A DNA stretch of 64,000 nucleotides from the human T2T-CHM13v2.0 reference genome, Homo sapiens. The stretch lies in assembly GCF_009914755.1 (NCBI RefSeq), contig NC_060930.1. One strand, written 5' to 3'. Under the pieces are notes generated by a model. It saw only the letters and a program-made list of their open reading frames with translations. It made no database searches and had not been told where the DNA came from. Shown here piece after piece: positions 39,036 to 53,388 of the stretch. Position numbers and translations under genes: made by a program. Position 1 is the stretch's first letter; each line of letters starts with the position of its first letter.

Positions 39036-39799
39036 CCAAAACTAAGACTGAAATTCATAAGTAGGTGGGAGAAAAAACATAAGAGACTATTGTTACTAAG
39101 GCTGAGGGATGTGAGAACTGCAAGACCCCAGAGGCTTTTTAGTGGTGTTGGAACTTGGCCAAGCCAAATAAAGTCAAGTCTGAATACTTTCTGTGGACTT
39201 AGTAACCTGAATGTCATTAGACATCCTCCTAGTGAGAACCGTTTTAAGATAGAAGAGAAAGTGGAAGCCTAATCGCTCTGGATTGTGGAATAAAAGACAC
39301 ACAAAGAGCAAGTGTAGAATAACCCTTCAACAAGCCTGGCAGCAAATGGGAAGGAGAAAGAGGAGGGAGAGAGAAGAGGTGCGAGTGGTGGGGGGGTCAC
39401 TGGAAGCCTTTTTAAGATTTGCATTTCTTTTTTCCTGCGGGGAAAGGAATGGTAGAATGGGAAAACTGAGGTAATTGAAGAAAAGAAACAGAAGGACACA
39501 GCATTCGGACCAGAATGAAAGATCAGCTATGGCTCAGAGGTTAAAGACTTTACCCTTGGAGATGGGTTTATAGGCCTGCAGGCTGGATAGCAATGGAGGT
39601 AAATTTGAATGTGGGAAAAATTTGGGAGAATTTTTCTAAGTAGAATACCAGGTACAAATTACAAGTTATATTCAGTTTCTCAAAGAGGGACTAGACCCAG
39701 CAATTTCTATGCAGATTATTGGTGCTAAAATAACCCAGGTTAACCACATTAACTTCAGAAACACAATAAAAGGGACTTTTTCATGTATCCGATTAAATT

Positions 39800-40603
39800 A
39801 CTATGGAAAAATAATAGAGTGGGGTTAGTAGTGTGAGTGCCAAGAAAGGTGCAATTTAAAATAGTGATCAAAGTAAAACTTACTGAAGTGACATTTAAAC
39901 AAGATTTGAAAGAGATACTGAGAAAATATTGCATGCCTAAAAGCTGCCATGGGCTTCTATTTTCAAGTAATAACAAGGAAGCTCATGATAGCTAGAGAAG
40001 AGTGAGTAGGAGAACAAGAGGAGGAGATTGAGTCAAAGAGGTAATGGGGAGACACATTATGTCACATTTGGAAGCCTCTGTAATGACACTGGCCTTTACT
40101 GAGAGTAGATTGGAGAGTCATGGAAGATTTTGAACAAAAGAATGACATGATCAGACTTACATTCTTAGATGATCAGGCTGGCTGCTGTGCTACAAGTAGA
40201 CTATGAGTAAGGCTGAATTGTTGCAAGTGGGGAGACGAGTTAGGAGGCTATTGCAGTGATCTAGGTGAAAGAAATGGCAAATTGGACCTGGGAGACAGCA
40301 GTGTAGATGGTTAAAAACGGTCAGATTCTGAGTATACCTTGAAGGCAAATCTTACAGTATTTTCTGACAGATTGGTTCTATAATGTCAGAAAAAGAAGAG
40401 TCAAGGATGAGTCCACAAGCTTGGGACTTAACATCTGGAAGGATGGCATTGTCATTACCTGAAACAGAACAGCTATGGATACAGTTAGGTGTAGTCAGGT
40501 ATTAGGGAGTAGAGCAGGATTGTAGTTTGCACATAGTAAGTTTGAAATGTCTACTAAGACGTTCTGAGGGGAGATGTCTGGTGGGAAGTCAGACACACAA
40601 GTA
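39800..40603 (-). mobile_element. L2 LINE fragment
   Basis: gaagattttgaacaaaagaatgacatgatcagacttacatt...ttaggaggctattgcagtgatctaggtga...agagtcaaggatga. Confidence 0.85.
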
Positions 40604-40621
40604 TGTCCAAAGATACTGTCA

Positions 40622-40930
<309 letters not shown>

Positions 40931-43374
40931 AGATACTGTCAACATCTTGTATCTTTGACAGTATCTTTGGACAGTTGTTGTCCAAAGATACAAGCACCAA
41001 GGATACTGTTAATGAATGTGATGATTTTAAAAAAATAAACCTCCAATTCTAGAGAGAAGAGAAGAGAAAGGTTTAATTTCCTGACCTCTAAACCATCTGT
41101 GCTCTCAAAACACTTGAACATAGGGTATGGAAGAGGCACAGTCAATATTTGATAATCAAATAATTCAAGCATATTTTTTACTTCCATGAAAGGACAATGC
41201 TTCATTTCTTTTAACAACAGGCTTTTGAACTATTGAGTATTCATTGGACTGGGAGTGAGGAAAAAAGCAGATATTCAGACAATATTTGAGACAGGCAAAT
41301 GTGGAACTCAGAAGTGAGTTTTCCATCTGCCACTTTTTTAGGAGGCCGATTGGGCCAAGCCATTCTGAACCTTCTTTTGCAGCTTTCTTGGGATGAAGCC
41401 AGCCTTTAATCTCCTCAAAGGAACTTCTGTTCGTATTCATTGAATTAATGGTTTTACTTAAGAAGTTGATACAGTACAGCTTTAAAAACAACAACGAAAC
41501 CTACATTATAAATTGAAGTCATCTCCAAGTAGTATATTCAAGTTCTGAATTAATTATATAGGAGATTTTGACCATCCAGAGAACATTACATTATTTCTGT
41601 TTATTTAATCCCATTTCATTTTCCTTCAAAAACTCTTCAAATAGGATATAGTCATATACAGGTAAAACTGAATTTTTCATGTAAAAGTGAATTGTAATTG
41701 CATGTGACTATAAAGAGATCGTTATCTGTGAAATGGGAAAATGCCTGCAACATCAAGCTTGCACTCTACGTGAGCAGTGACCCTACTATCTTAGCTATGA
41801 TAACACTGCAAGGAGCTAAACCATCAGTCAGGGTTACTGCACTGGACAGCTTCAGAACCCTCTTGACACTGATTTAATTGAAATAATGATTTTTTTTTCC
41901 TTTTACTATCCTGAACATTTCTGTTCTTTTAGAGAGGTCAAGCTACTGAAATACCAATAGTATCCAAAGGGTCCAAAGGGTCAAGGCCAAGGGCAGCAAC
42001 AAAAGTTTGTCATTGTACAGCATAAGAGGATCTGGTAATGTGGAAGTACCTCACTCCTGTGCCAGCTTCAGTACACGGCTCCTTTTCCCTGAGGCTGGCA
42101 GCTCTGGCAGAAATTAAAGCAAACCTTAGCCTCCTAAATCCAATTGCAGTTTGGATTGGAGGAGTTTTTGTTCTGAAAGAATATGTAGTGATCTGTGTTC
42201 ATACTGTCCATCCTGTAAGCAATGATTAAAACTAATTTAGCTTGGTTATTCATTAAGTCTCCATGGACATTTTTGCATAACTATGGACTTTATATTTCTA
42301 CCCAACAGTTTAGCACTGACTAGCCCTTGGGTTTATTGTACCCTACACTGGCTTCTTGCTGACAGTACCATGCTTGAGACTGACTTTTGAGTTTGAAAAG
42401 AGCAGAAATTCTAGACTAGAATTTCTAGAGGAAGAGTAGGAAGTGGATCACTTCACCTCTCATTTTTATTTGCACTCCAGTCACTCAATACACTGCTTTA
42501 GATCAAGGACAGGAACCATAGCCACAGAAAGGTCGTGAGGAAGTACATCATCATTCCAGTCTGTAGTCTACCTAATTCCAAATAGCATGTGATATGTGTA
42601 TGTGTTTGGGAGGTGAAAGGGTAGGATGCCCTTGCCTTACAAATAGCTAAAGCTCTTAAGGGTAGGGTTGTGCGTTTTATTTCTGCTATAGTCTTGTATT
42701 CATCCACACTTCCACTTTAATATAGCCTGAACTCTCTTATTATACACCGTAATTTTTATCACATCTTTCTATTATACAGTGTTTTCTAAGAGATAAAAGT
42801 ATGGTTTCCACTGTTTTTTTCTTTAGCAATTGCTGGAGTATTATGCTTCAAATTATAGGCACTCTAGATTGACAATTGTTCATATATTTTTGTGCCAAGT
42901 AGTCTTTTATCAGTTACTTACATTTAGCAGAATTAGAAGGTCTCATTTTTCTATTGCTGAGTGTCTATATTCATCTTAGTCGTAGCATATTTTCTTAGTT
43001 ATAGATATTCAATTTAGATTAAAGGCTTAGATGTTGTATTATCATTAATAAAGAGAAATAGTTGGTTTCAACCTAAAATTTTTACCTCTTCAAAATAAAA
43101 GATATTCAAGGTAATATATGCTCATGTGATCAGATTTTTTAGTATTTTCTAAAGATTTAAATATAAGAATTCTGTATAATTCAGATTTTTAATAAATAAT
43201 ATTAAAGTGCAGATGGAAAGTTATGCTTTTGTGTATTTATTTATGTTTACTTTCCTAATCAGCTGCATATAAAGGAAGAAATTTCAGTCTATGAAGTGTA
43301 TATTCTAAAGAGCTATCAAAAATGCCCATGGATGCCAGGGAGAATGTAGCCTTTTACATCCTGAGCTTGACTGG

Positions 43375-43625
43375 CAGACAGTAGAGTGGTTAAGAACATG
43401 GATTCTGGAGTCAGTCACCCTGGGTTTGAATCTCAGCTCCACTACCTATTAGCAGGTGACTTTGAAGAAGACTTTTAACTTCTCTATGCCACCAATTCCT
43501 CATCTATAAAGAGAATATAATAACTATACCTATCTCATAAAGTGATTGTGAGGAGTAAGAATTTATGCATAAACAGTGCTTGGCACAGAATGAATACTAT
43601 ACTAATGCTAATTGTTATTATTCAC
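43375..43625 (+). mobile_element. MIR SINE, near full length
   Basis: agtggttaagaacatggattctggagtcag..cctgggtttgaatctcagctccactac...ttcctcatctataaa...aacagtgcttggcacag. Confidence 0.9.
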
Positions 43626-43998
43626 TAATATTCTCATATTGAATATATTCATCAGAGATGAGGAACAGCAAAGTCTGCCTGCCTTTTAGGAAGTTGTGAA
43701 GGTTGAAATTGATATATAACTTGGAATAGTGAAGTTGCAAGTCACTGGGAGTCAGAGTTATCTAAAGAAAGGGATTTAGAAGGAATCATACTCACAAACA
43801 AATTCTAGCTGAGGACCTTTTAGAGTGGAGGAAAGAGGTGAGGTATAAAAAATTTCTCTTACATTGTCTAATTTTAGAAAATTGACCTGCAGAAGCAGAC
43901 TGAGGCTAATTACAGAATTCAGCCATCCTTCATAAAAGACCACAAAAATCAGCAGAATGTCATTTCTTACTCAGTATTTCTTGCTTTATTAGAAATCA

Positions 43999-44002
<4 letters not shown>

Positions 44003-44042
<40 letters not shown>
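44003..44042 (+). repeat. (CA)n microsatellite, interrupted
   Basis: Directly visible. Confidence 0.95.
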
Positions 44043-45079
44043 TGTACACAGAGATGACATCCAGTAATGAGGTTTTAACAATTTTGAAGTCATTAAGGTA
44101 CAGTGAGGAGATAGACAGATTGTCATCAAACTTCGCTTTTCTGGGAGAACAAGTGATAATGACAGCATCTTTAAAGGCAAGAAAAAAATGCAAACAGCTT
44201 GCTCTCCCCCTGAGCTCTGATGCTGTGGTAATAACAAGCTCATGCCTTTGTATCTTTTCAAATGTAGTCGGAAATATAATGGAATGGAAAACATGTTTTC
44301 CTGAAGTTAAGGGAAAAAAAACTACAAGTCAAAGGAGATATTAAAATGCCGAGTTTAAGGAACGAAAACATGGTTCTTATAGCACTTGATAGCAATTTTT
44401 AAATAATACTTCAAAAAAAAAAAGCCCTGCATAGGGGACAATTCTCAGCAGTCTCCTTTTTTGATATTTGACAAATTATCAAATTATTTTTCTTCTCCTA
44501 CTCTTGTGTTTCTTTAATAGAGTCATCAATGTTGTATTCTCCTTGATATTTTTTGGCAAGTGTATAATAAAAAAATTTTAATGATATAATAATTTAAAAG
44601 AGAAAGTAAGAACTGATGATCTGGATAGAATTAGTTTGATATAAATATAGAGAAAATTCGAGCTCAGAAATATGAGTGATATTTACTAATAAAGATAGGT
44701 AAATAACTCTTAAAGAACTTTTAAAATTTGAGTAGTAAGAGAAGCAATTCCAATCCCCATATTTAAACTTCTCTTTTAGAAGGCGATTCCAAAAAATCTC
44801 TAAATTAGCTAACCATTCTCAACCTCTGCCTGCTTAAAGGAAAAAAAAGAAAAAATCAGAAACCACTTGAGCCAATTAATACATATACTAGGGAGAAAAA
44901 GAGACATTAAAAACTACCTTCCTTCTTGTAGGAATGGCTGAATAGAGTCAAAAACCGATGAACATTTACAAATGAGGAGAATTAATATATTTTTTGCTTC
45001 TCCTAGGAGCTCAAAGTGCATTCATAGTTATGATTTTTTTATCTTCATCTTGGGCCCATAAACGAGATGAAATATATTG

Positions 45080-45295
45080 TCAGGAGCGCAAGACCAGCCT
45101 GGCCAACATGGCAAAACTTCCTCTCTACTAAAAAATTATACAAAAATTAGCTGGGCGTGGTGGCACAGGCTTGTAATCCCAGATACTTGGGAGGTTTTGA
45201 GATGTGGGAGAATCAGTTGAGCCCTGGAGGTGGAGGTTGCGGTGAGCAGAGATCGTGCCACTGCATTCCAGCCTGGGCGACAGAGCCAGACTCCA

Positions 45296-45300
<5 letters not shown>
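45080..45300 (+). mobile_element. 5'-truncated Alu (S/Jb-like)
   Basis: caagaccagcctggccaacatgg...aaaattagctgggcgtggtggc...ccagcctgggcgacagagc. Confidence 0.92.
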
Positions 45301-45340
<40 letters not shown>

Positions 45341-45425
45341 GGCAGGAAGGAGGGAGGGAGGGAGGGAGGGAGGGAAGGAAGGAAGGAAGGAAGGAAGGAA
45401 GGAAGGAAGGAAGGAAGGAAGGAAG
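45298..45425 (+). repeat. Compound purine microsatellite (GA)n-(GGGA)n-(GGAA)13 derived from the Alu tail
   Basis: Directly visible; GGAA run 45373-45424. Confidence 0.97.
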
Positions 45426-45594
45426 TCCTCCTGTCACTATTTAATCATGAAATCCTAAAGCAAAATTATTTAAATGAGTTGGTTCAAGATATAAGATTGG
45501 AAGTAACTGAAAATAAAAACCAGTTAATCCTTGAGAGCCTAATGTCCTTTAACAGATGAGTAAGTAAATAAATTGTGGCATCCTGGAAGAGTTT

Positions 45595-46006
45595 TGCTAT
45601 AATGGCCTCCAATTGATTTTGACATTGAGATGATAGCAAACATCATACAGAGACCTGAGAAGTGCACCTTACTATTATTGCTCTTTAAGCCTGCCACACC
45701 AGTGTGAACAAGCCCAGATTATTCTGATGAATGATTAGATATGTGAGACCACAAATATGGGGTCCATTTATTTGACTTCATCACCCCCACCTAACAATAA
45801 GCCAAGCCCCAGAAAAAAAGTGCTACCCAGATGATTCACAGTCAACCATAGACTCATGAGTGAGCCCAACCAAATTCAGCAGAAGAACTGCCCAGCTGAA
45901 CTCAATTCAAAATGTTGACCTAAAACACAATGAGCAAAAATGAATGGTTGTTACTTTAAGCCACTAAATTTTGGTTTGGTGTGTTATGTCTCAAAAGTTA
46001 GTGATA
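45595..46006 (+). mobile_element. MLT1F/G/H-type MaLR LTR
   Basis: gtgagcccaacc...cagaagaactgcccagctgaactc...gaatggttgttactttaagccactaaattttgg. Confidence 0.75.
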
Positions 46007-46039
46007 AAATTATATTCACATACTGATAGAACGCCAGTT

Positions 46040-46292
46040 GAAAATAAAACAATGAATTACTGTTAGATGCAGTAGCTTGGATTAATCTAAAAAATATTAT
46101 ATTATGCTCAGTGAAAGAAGCCAGACACCAAGCAATAAGATTCTATTGTATGAAGTTCAAGACCCAGCAAAAGTATTCTATGGTTATCAAAATCAGAACA
46201 GGTGTGGCCTGGTGGGTGGTGTAAGGGTTGGGAGAGTGGTGAGGATGAAAGGCCAAGAAGGAACTTTCGGGGGTAGTAGAAATATTCTTGGT
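46040..46292 (+). mobile_element. L1ME 3' fragment
   Basis: aatgaattactgttagatgcag...attatgctcagtgaaagaagccagacac...gaactttcgggggtagtagaaatattct. Confidence 0.75.
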
Positions 46293-47249
46293 TACTCTAG
46301 AGAATGCTGATAGTCCAGTAGTCCAGTTTAAGAATTAATATGCAAAAATGAATTAAGTTGTGCAATATAGGTATTTCTCAGGGTGCTATATGAGCACAGA
46401 GAGTGAGGAATGCCTATCTGTGCTTTTTGGTGTTTAGAAAATATTTCCCTGAGGAGTAGCCTTGAAGTAGCCCATGTTTCATGTAGGCATTCACTATATG
46501 GTGATAAATGTTGTTTGTTGGACAGAGAAATGCCTTATTCAAAAACATAAAGATATCAAACAGCATGGCATGTATAGTAGAGGAACTGCCAGAGATTTAA
46601 TATGGAAGAGTAAAGGGGAGCCACAAGTGTTGGGGCTGAAAGCATAGGCTTGAGCCAATCATGAATGTCCTTCGACACTTTGCTATCATGTCTTTACCTT
46701 GTGAGCAAAAAGAGTTATCGTTTAGATTTTCAAGCTCTTAGAAACATCCCATCCATCTGACTCTCCACCTGATATGAGACTTGCCTTGCTCACCAGCAGT
46801 AAACTGAAGACAATTAGTGACTCACCAATATATGTCTAACATAAGAAGCCCACGCTGGTGTGTAGAAGCACGTGTAAGCAATTCAGAGGAGAACTATAAA
46901 ATCATGATGAGTCGGAACCACTGAAATGGTAATTAAATGAGTGGGAGGAGCATGTGCATTCTCCTACATGCTCCAGGTTTCCCACAAGTAGTATTAAACT
47001 CCTCTGTGATTTGTCTGGTAGCTGAGCCACTTTGTTTCTTGATGATTTCCAAGCTCTGCTAATTCAAAGCTCAGTATTATCATCTGTATCCAGATTTCCG
47101 ACTTGGAAAACTAGGTGAACTTAATTTTAACTTTTTTTTAAGTGAATGTGAATTCACTCTGATTATTAGAATCTTATGTTCCCTTTGCTTGAGAGTATTG
47201 TCAGTTTTGCCTTTTGGATAAACTAAGAAGACTGTGTGAAAATGAGAAG

Positions 47250-47470
47250 CATAGGATTTAGGGTCCATAGGCATGAATCAAGTCCTCTCATTATGTCTGA
47301 ATCTTGGGAGAGCACTATATAACTTCTCTAAGCCTCAGTTTTTTCATTTATAAATAATAGATGATGATAGAAATTATCTCCTTAGTTTTGGAAAGAATGG
47401 ATAGCAGAATGGCTGTAAAGATGTTACCACATGCCCAGAATATAGTGAACAGTAATGGCAGCTATTACTT
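47250..47470 (+). mobile_element. MIR SINE
   Basis: aacttctctaagcctcagtttttcatttataaaataa. Confidence 0.75.
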
Positions 47471-50199
47471 TAAATAGTAATCACTGGCATTTCCTTTCCT
47501 ACCTCCCAGCTGTTACCAGGATGTGAGGGGTTGGTTAGATGATTGGTTGGTTTTGAGGTTTAAGCACTAAAAATAAAAAAGTAATGCACAGAAATACAAT
47601 TGCACTTTTTCCTAGGTTATATATTCCCAAACGGTAATAATGGTATTGCTAGTAATTAATGAAATCCCTTCAGTCTGAGGTTTATGACATTCTGTTTCAC
47701 CCTTGCATTGGCTATGAGCTACGTAGAAAGAAGACAATCTAAGATTTATATTGAAAAGAAGGTAACTCAGATGGAAAGGAAGAAAGGGTCAGTGAAGAAC
47801 ACCAATTATAGCCAAGTTCTGACTCCAAAGTTATTCAGTCCAACTAGATTATACTGCTACACATGGATAGACTTGACGGGCCTTTTAAGTGACACTTCGA
47901 TTCAGTATTGTGCCTTTTAAAATTGCTTTGGGAAAAAACTGGTCTTCAAATTTGTGTCTTCCCCAATCCACATTTTATTCCCCTGGAGGGTTCTTTTTCT
48001 TTTCCTACCTTCACTCCCATTCATCTTCCTTGCCACATACTGCAACAAGTACTTTGCTTCAGAGGCACGCTTTATTGGATGCCACATAAAATACCTTTTC
48101 ATAAGCATAAAGCTTATTCCCACAGATGTCATGGGAAAGGGACCAATTGCTCTAAGGTTCCTACTTAACTGTATTTTCAAAACCCTAATAATGCATCTGA
48201 GTTTACGATAACATTTTAAAGTCACTCTTCTCTCTAGCTGGTTTGTCCTGATGTTTCCGTTGAGTTTAACTGTTTCTTTTTTAGTGCAATGAGAGTACTA
48301 CTGACATCATTTTTGTATAATATTAATCAATGCATTATTTTTGATCACTGGATATGTGCTGAAGTCTCAGGTGCATTGTATATTCCACACTTTCCTTATC
48401 TTCCAATCTAGTACCTCTAAAAAGAAGGAAATGTTAACGTAGTTTTAGCCCCTTTCTTTTTCCAAATGCACCTATTTAATGCCAGTTATTTTTGCAACTA
48501 AATATTTTAATACAAATAATCTTCTCTCCTAGTCTCTACAGAGAAATCTGGCCTTGTGTTCCCATTGTCATCACTGGGGCAGCATACTCCTTCCAGTGAA
48601 ATTCATGGATCCTTCTTTAGCCTTGTCTACTAATGTTAGAGAATATTCAATATGGGCAAATTTATTTTTACAAATGCCTTACCTTTTGTATAGTTAATTT
48701 TGCTATTGGTACCCTATTATCTCTGATCAAAAATGATGTTACTTGTACCATTTGCTCCCCAAAGAGCTATGTAGTGATTTTGTTCAAAAATTCTGTAGAC
48801 AGTATTAATTGTGTACATTTTACAGAACATTTAAAAATTACACTTTCTGCTTCAAATGATTCATTATGAATAAATCAGAGTTCCTTTTGCACATTACAAA
48901 CATACAATCTTAAACTTAGCTTTACCATTAAAATAGTATGGTATTATTGATAGTTGCTTTTTACATTTCCCAATTATTTTCAATGAATAGTTTTGGTTAA
49001 GGACTCCCCTATGGCTCTTATCTCTAAACCGGAAGGCGATTTCATGGTAGTTCTATTGCACTAGATTGGCCATTTCTTTGATCATCTCCCAACCGGCACA
49101 TGTATGGAATGGTTGAACTACTGCTGTCAATACAGTTTTAAAAACGAATCTGATATGTAAACCCTGAGAGAGGTATTAACCATAATGACATTTGAATGTT
49201 ATTAGCCATCTTTCGTCCTGCCTGAGTATCTTCTGCTCTGCCCAGTTTACTAATACACCAGACTCCTCTGAACTAGGATAACTTTTTGATAAGTTTGGAC
49301 TGAAGAAATCTACCAGTTTCCAGAGACTATTTCATAACAGGAATGATTTGGTAAACCAGTGTTGGCATTTAGTTCAGTCTATTTCCCAACTTAAATAGAT
49401 AATACCAGTTTGCATGTATGTCTAGTTTTATTTAATCTTTTAAAAAGTGTTTAATACAGTCATGCTTGATGATGCAGCAGAATACCTAAAGGCTGGTATT
49501 AAGATATGTTTCTGATCCTCTGAAAAGCTTTTCTGACCCAGTAGGCTGTGAACATTCACAATAGCCCTGGAGGCAATCCTCCATGTGTTATTGCAGGTTG
49601 ATAACTGCACCTGGATTACTCGTAGCAGAGAAAATTTGCAGTGTGTTCCACAATAGTCCAGCCAGTGGATTAGTATGAGATAAGAATCATCTGGTAAACA
49701 ATACAGATGATATACCAGCCCACATAATAAAATACTTCATATAAAGACCTTCATTAATAACACTGATATAATCACATTTGAATCCTTTGCTGAAGCAATC
49801 TCAAATTATGTAGATGGAATAAGATGAAAAAGAGCAAGTAAAAATCATCTGCAACTTAAAATTATACTTTGTGTGTGCATAATATCCTTCTGTTCAAATT
49901 CCTATTACAAAAAGCATGGGCTTAGAGCCTATGAATTATGAATTCAGAACAAAATTGGATTATTTAATTTAAATAAAACATACAACCAATGTATTTGGAA
50001 TGTGAGATAATTGTGGGTAAAAAGTAGTGTTGCTACTCCTCATTTCTAATCATGTTGGCATAAAGGCACAAAATTAAAATGTGTCTTTGTACTTAAGAAA
50101 ACAAGCATATCTACTTGGTTTAGATATATTTATAACTCATAAATTATAATATGAAGGTTTTTAAACATAAATAGAACTGTCCTAAAATGTAGTATTTTT

Positions 50200-52440
50200 C
50201 AAGTAAACTTTTATGGTGAGATAATTATAGATCATATGCAATTATATGAAATAAAATGAGAGATTCTGTTTACACTTTACCCAGTTTCTCCAAATAGTAT
50301 TACCTTGCAAAAATTAGTACAGCTTCACTTTTCGGATCTGGGTATTGATACAGTCAAGACATAGAACAGTTTCATCACCACAAGGATCCCGTATATTACC
50401 TTTTTACGGCCACATTCACTTCCTTCTAACCCACCCCCCTTAGTCCCTGGAAACCACCAACCTGTTCTCGATTTCTACAGTTTTATTATGTCAAGAATGT
50501 TCTACAACTAGGATCATATAACATACAACTTTTTGGGTTGGCTTTTTTTCACTAACCTCAATTCTATGGAAATTCATGCAGGCTGTTGCATGTATCAGTC
50601 ATCCCTTCCTTTTTCTTGCTGAGTAATATTTCATGGTATGGGTATACCAGTTTGTTTAACTATTAACCCACAGAATGACGCTGGGGTTGCGCCCACTTTG
50701 GGGCGTTATGAATAGTGATGTTATACATATTAGTGTACAGGTTTTTGTGGGAACATGTTTTTATTTCTCTGAGATAAAATTGCACTCCTGTGTAGGAGTG
50801 CAATTGCTGGATCATATGGTAGTTGCGTGTTTAGTTTGTAAAGAAACCTCCAAACTGTTTTCCAGAATGGCTGTCCATAAATGTTTCCCTGTTTCTGCTT
50901 TCAAGATATCTGTTTTTGGGTTTCCTAAGTTTGATTGTCATGCATCTTGGCATGAATTTCTTTAGATTTATACTGTTTGTGGTTCACTAAGCTTTTGGAA
51001 TTAGTAAGTTTGTGTCCTTTGCCAAATTTCCGAAGTTTTCAGTCATTATTTCTTTGAAGACTTTTTCAGTGCTGACCTACTTCTCCTTTTCCTTCAGGAC
51101 TCCAGTGGGGGAAAAAAAAGTTAGGTCTTTTGTTATTTCCATGAGTCTCTGAGGCTCTGTGCATGTTTTCCAGTTTACTTTGTCTCTGTTTCTTAGTTTA
51201 GGTAATTTCTATTGTTCAATCTTCAAGTTCACTGATTCTTTCCTCTGTCACCTCCACATTTTTCAGTTCTAAGTTTTCAGTTTGGTTCTTCCTTATATAT
51301 TCTGTTTCTTTGCTGAGACCTTCTAATATTTTAATTTATTTCAGGCATGTTTGTAATTGCTTATTGGAGCATTTTTGCGATGTCTACTCTAAAATATGTG
51401 TCAGAAAATCTTAACATCTCTATCACCTCTGTGGTTAGGTTACATTGGCTGTCTTTTCATTCAGTTTGAGGCCATCCTCACTGTTGGTATGATTAGTAAT
51501 TTTTAATTGAAACATGGACATTTGGGGTATTATGCTATGAGACCCTAGATCTTAATTAAACCTTTCATTTTAGTTGATTCCTCTGATGCTGTTTTGATGG
51601 GAGAAGGAGGGATGCTGACTTATTTCTGCCAATTGGGGATAGAAGTCCAGGGTTCCCACTTAGCCTCCATTGAGACTTAAGGTGGGAAGGGCTTTTCATT
51701 AAGTTTGGGAGGCTGTGGAAGGTCCTGCCCCCGACTAGCCTCTGACTGATAGCTCCATATCTGGCAAGAGCCTTATTACTGCTCCAAGGTGGCTTTCACT
51801 GATGCCATGGGGGTGGCGGACTGGCCTCAGTACTGCTGGGCATTGGTAAAAGTCCTGATCTTCTACTAAGCTTCCACTGACATCACCCCAGTGGGGAGAA
51901 GAGAGTGTCTGCCTTGTTACTGGAGAGTGAGGCTAAAAGTCTGGATTACTTACTCATGAGGCAGTGGGGAAGTCTTGGCTCCCTACTCTTTGTTGCTGTG
52001 GTTGGGGAGTGGGGCTACAATTTTTGTGTTTTTGTTTTGTTTTGTTCTGTTTTCTATGGTGTTGGCTAAAACAAAGAGGTACTATCACTGTAAAATTTTC
52101 TGTCTTGCTAGGCTGCCTTTTCCCTTTTCTCTGGTCTTTTGGCTAGAGACAGCAAGGGTTTACTGGGGCTTTTAAAAAATCTGTACCTGTTGGCATTTCA
52201 GAGTTATAGGCTTCTTCAGCTCCAAGTAAGTCTGGTGTATATGAAATAATAATAATAATGGAATTCACCCTCATGTACTTTTTTGAGTACCAAAGGCCAT
52301 AGCTGGTCTGCCTCAAAGTCTTCTTGTAATTGTTATATATATAATGTTCAGAGTTTTTAGTTATACTTAATAGGAAAGATAGGGAAAGGTATCCTTCCCA
52401 TTGCTCCAACTTCCCAGAAACCGAAATCCAGAATGTAATA
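50200..52440 (-). mobile_element. L1MC/MD-type LINE: 3' UTR (~50200-50875) abutting ORF1/5' region (~50880-52440)
   Basis: tttacccagtttctccaaatagta..cttgcaaaattagtaca and catcaccacaaggatccc are L1MC 3' UTR (antisense); tcttcaagttcactgattctttcctctgtca is L1M ORF1 antisense. Confidence 0.75.
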
Positions 52441-53271
52441 GATTAAACGCTAAGGTTGCTATATTTTCAATTATTACAATTAAATCTTTTAAAATACTTA
52501 CCAAAAGGCTTTGGTTTCATTTTTTCTATTAGCTTCTAAGTGAATTTCTGGGACATACAATCATAATTTGGTCTGTGGATACAAAAAAGAATTTTAATCT
52601 GATTTAGTTATACAGAGAAAATATCATTTCCTTCCAGTCAGTGATAATATCAAGATGACATGTAATTCCTTACCAGGTGAATTAGAAGTGAACAAATCAC
52701 ATTAGATACATGAAGGTGAAAAGATAAATAAAAAAAAAATTATACTTAGCTCTGCTTTGAATGACAAAGACTAAAACAACTAGAATATTTTATTTCTTTC
52801 ACTAGTGGATAATTGTGTGTTTGCCTAGGATAATGCCACAGGTCCCTTCCATTATTATTCTAAGCATCTTTAAATCAGGAACAAAATAAAATTATTTTCT
52901 TTCAATTGAAGATACTCATATCTACTCTAACAACATGAGCCTCTATTATCTGCTTTGTGCCGTGTTACTTCCCTTTATACAGCCCAAGCTTCTCTGAACT
53001 GGGCCACTTCCTCCTCCCTATTTCTTCCCAGCTCTAGTCTAAACTCCACTTGGAAGATGTACTCTCCATCTCTCCGTACCCCTCTTTATTCCATTTCAAG
53101 CCCTCCCACCTCTCAAGGTCTATCTCAAAAGTGCCAAGCACCAACCTACTCCGAGAATGGATTACCAGTTCTTGGAGGAAGCAGCACCTTTATTCAGCCT
53201 TAAAGAATGAATTAGTGTCCATTAGTTGTTTTTCCTGATGGATATTAACTCATTCTTTAAGGTCAGCTTAA

Positions 53272-53388
53272 TACCGGGAGATGAAATAATCTGTACAACA
53301 AACCCCCATGACACAAGTTTACCTGTATAACAAACCTACATATGAACCCTAGAACTTAAAATAACAGTGAATTAAAAAATTAAAAAGA
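53272..53388 (+). mobile_element. Very short L1PA 3' end
   Basis: gatgaaataatctgtacaacaaacccccatgacacaagtttacctgtataacaaacct...aacttaaaataa. Confidence 0.88.
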
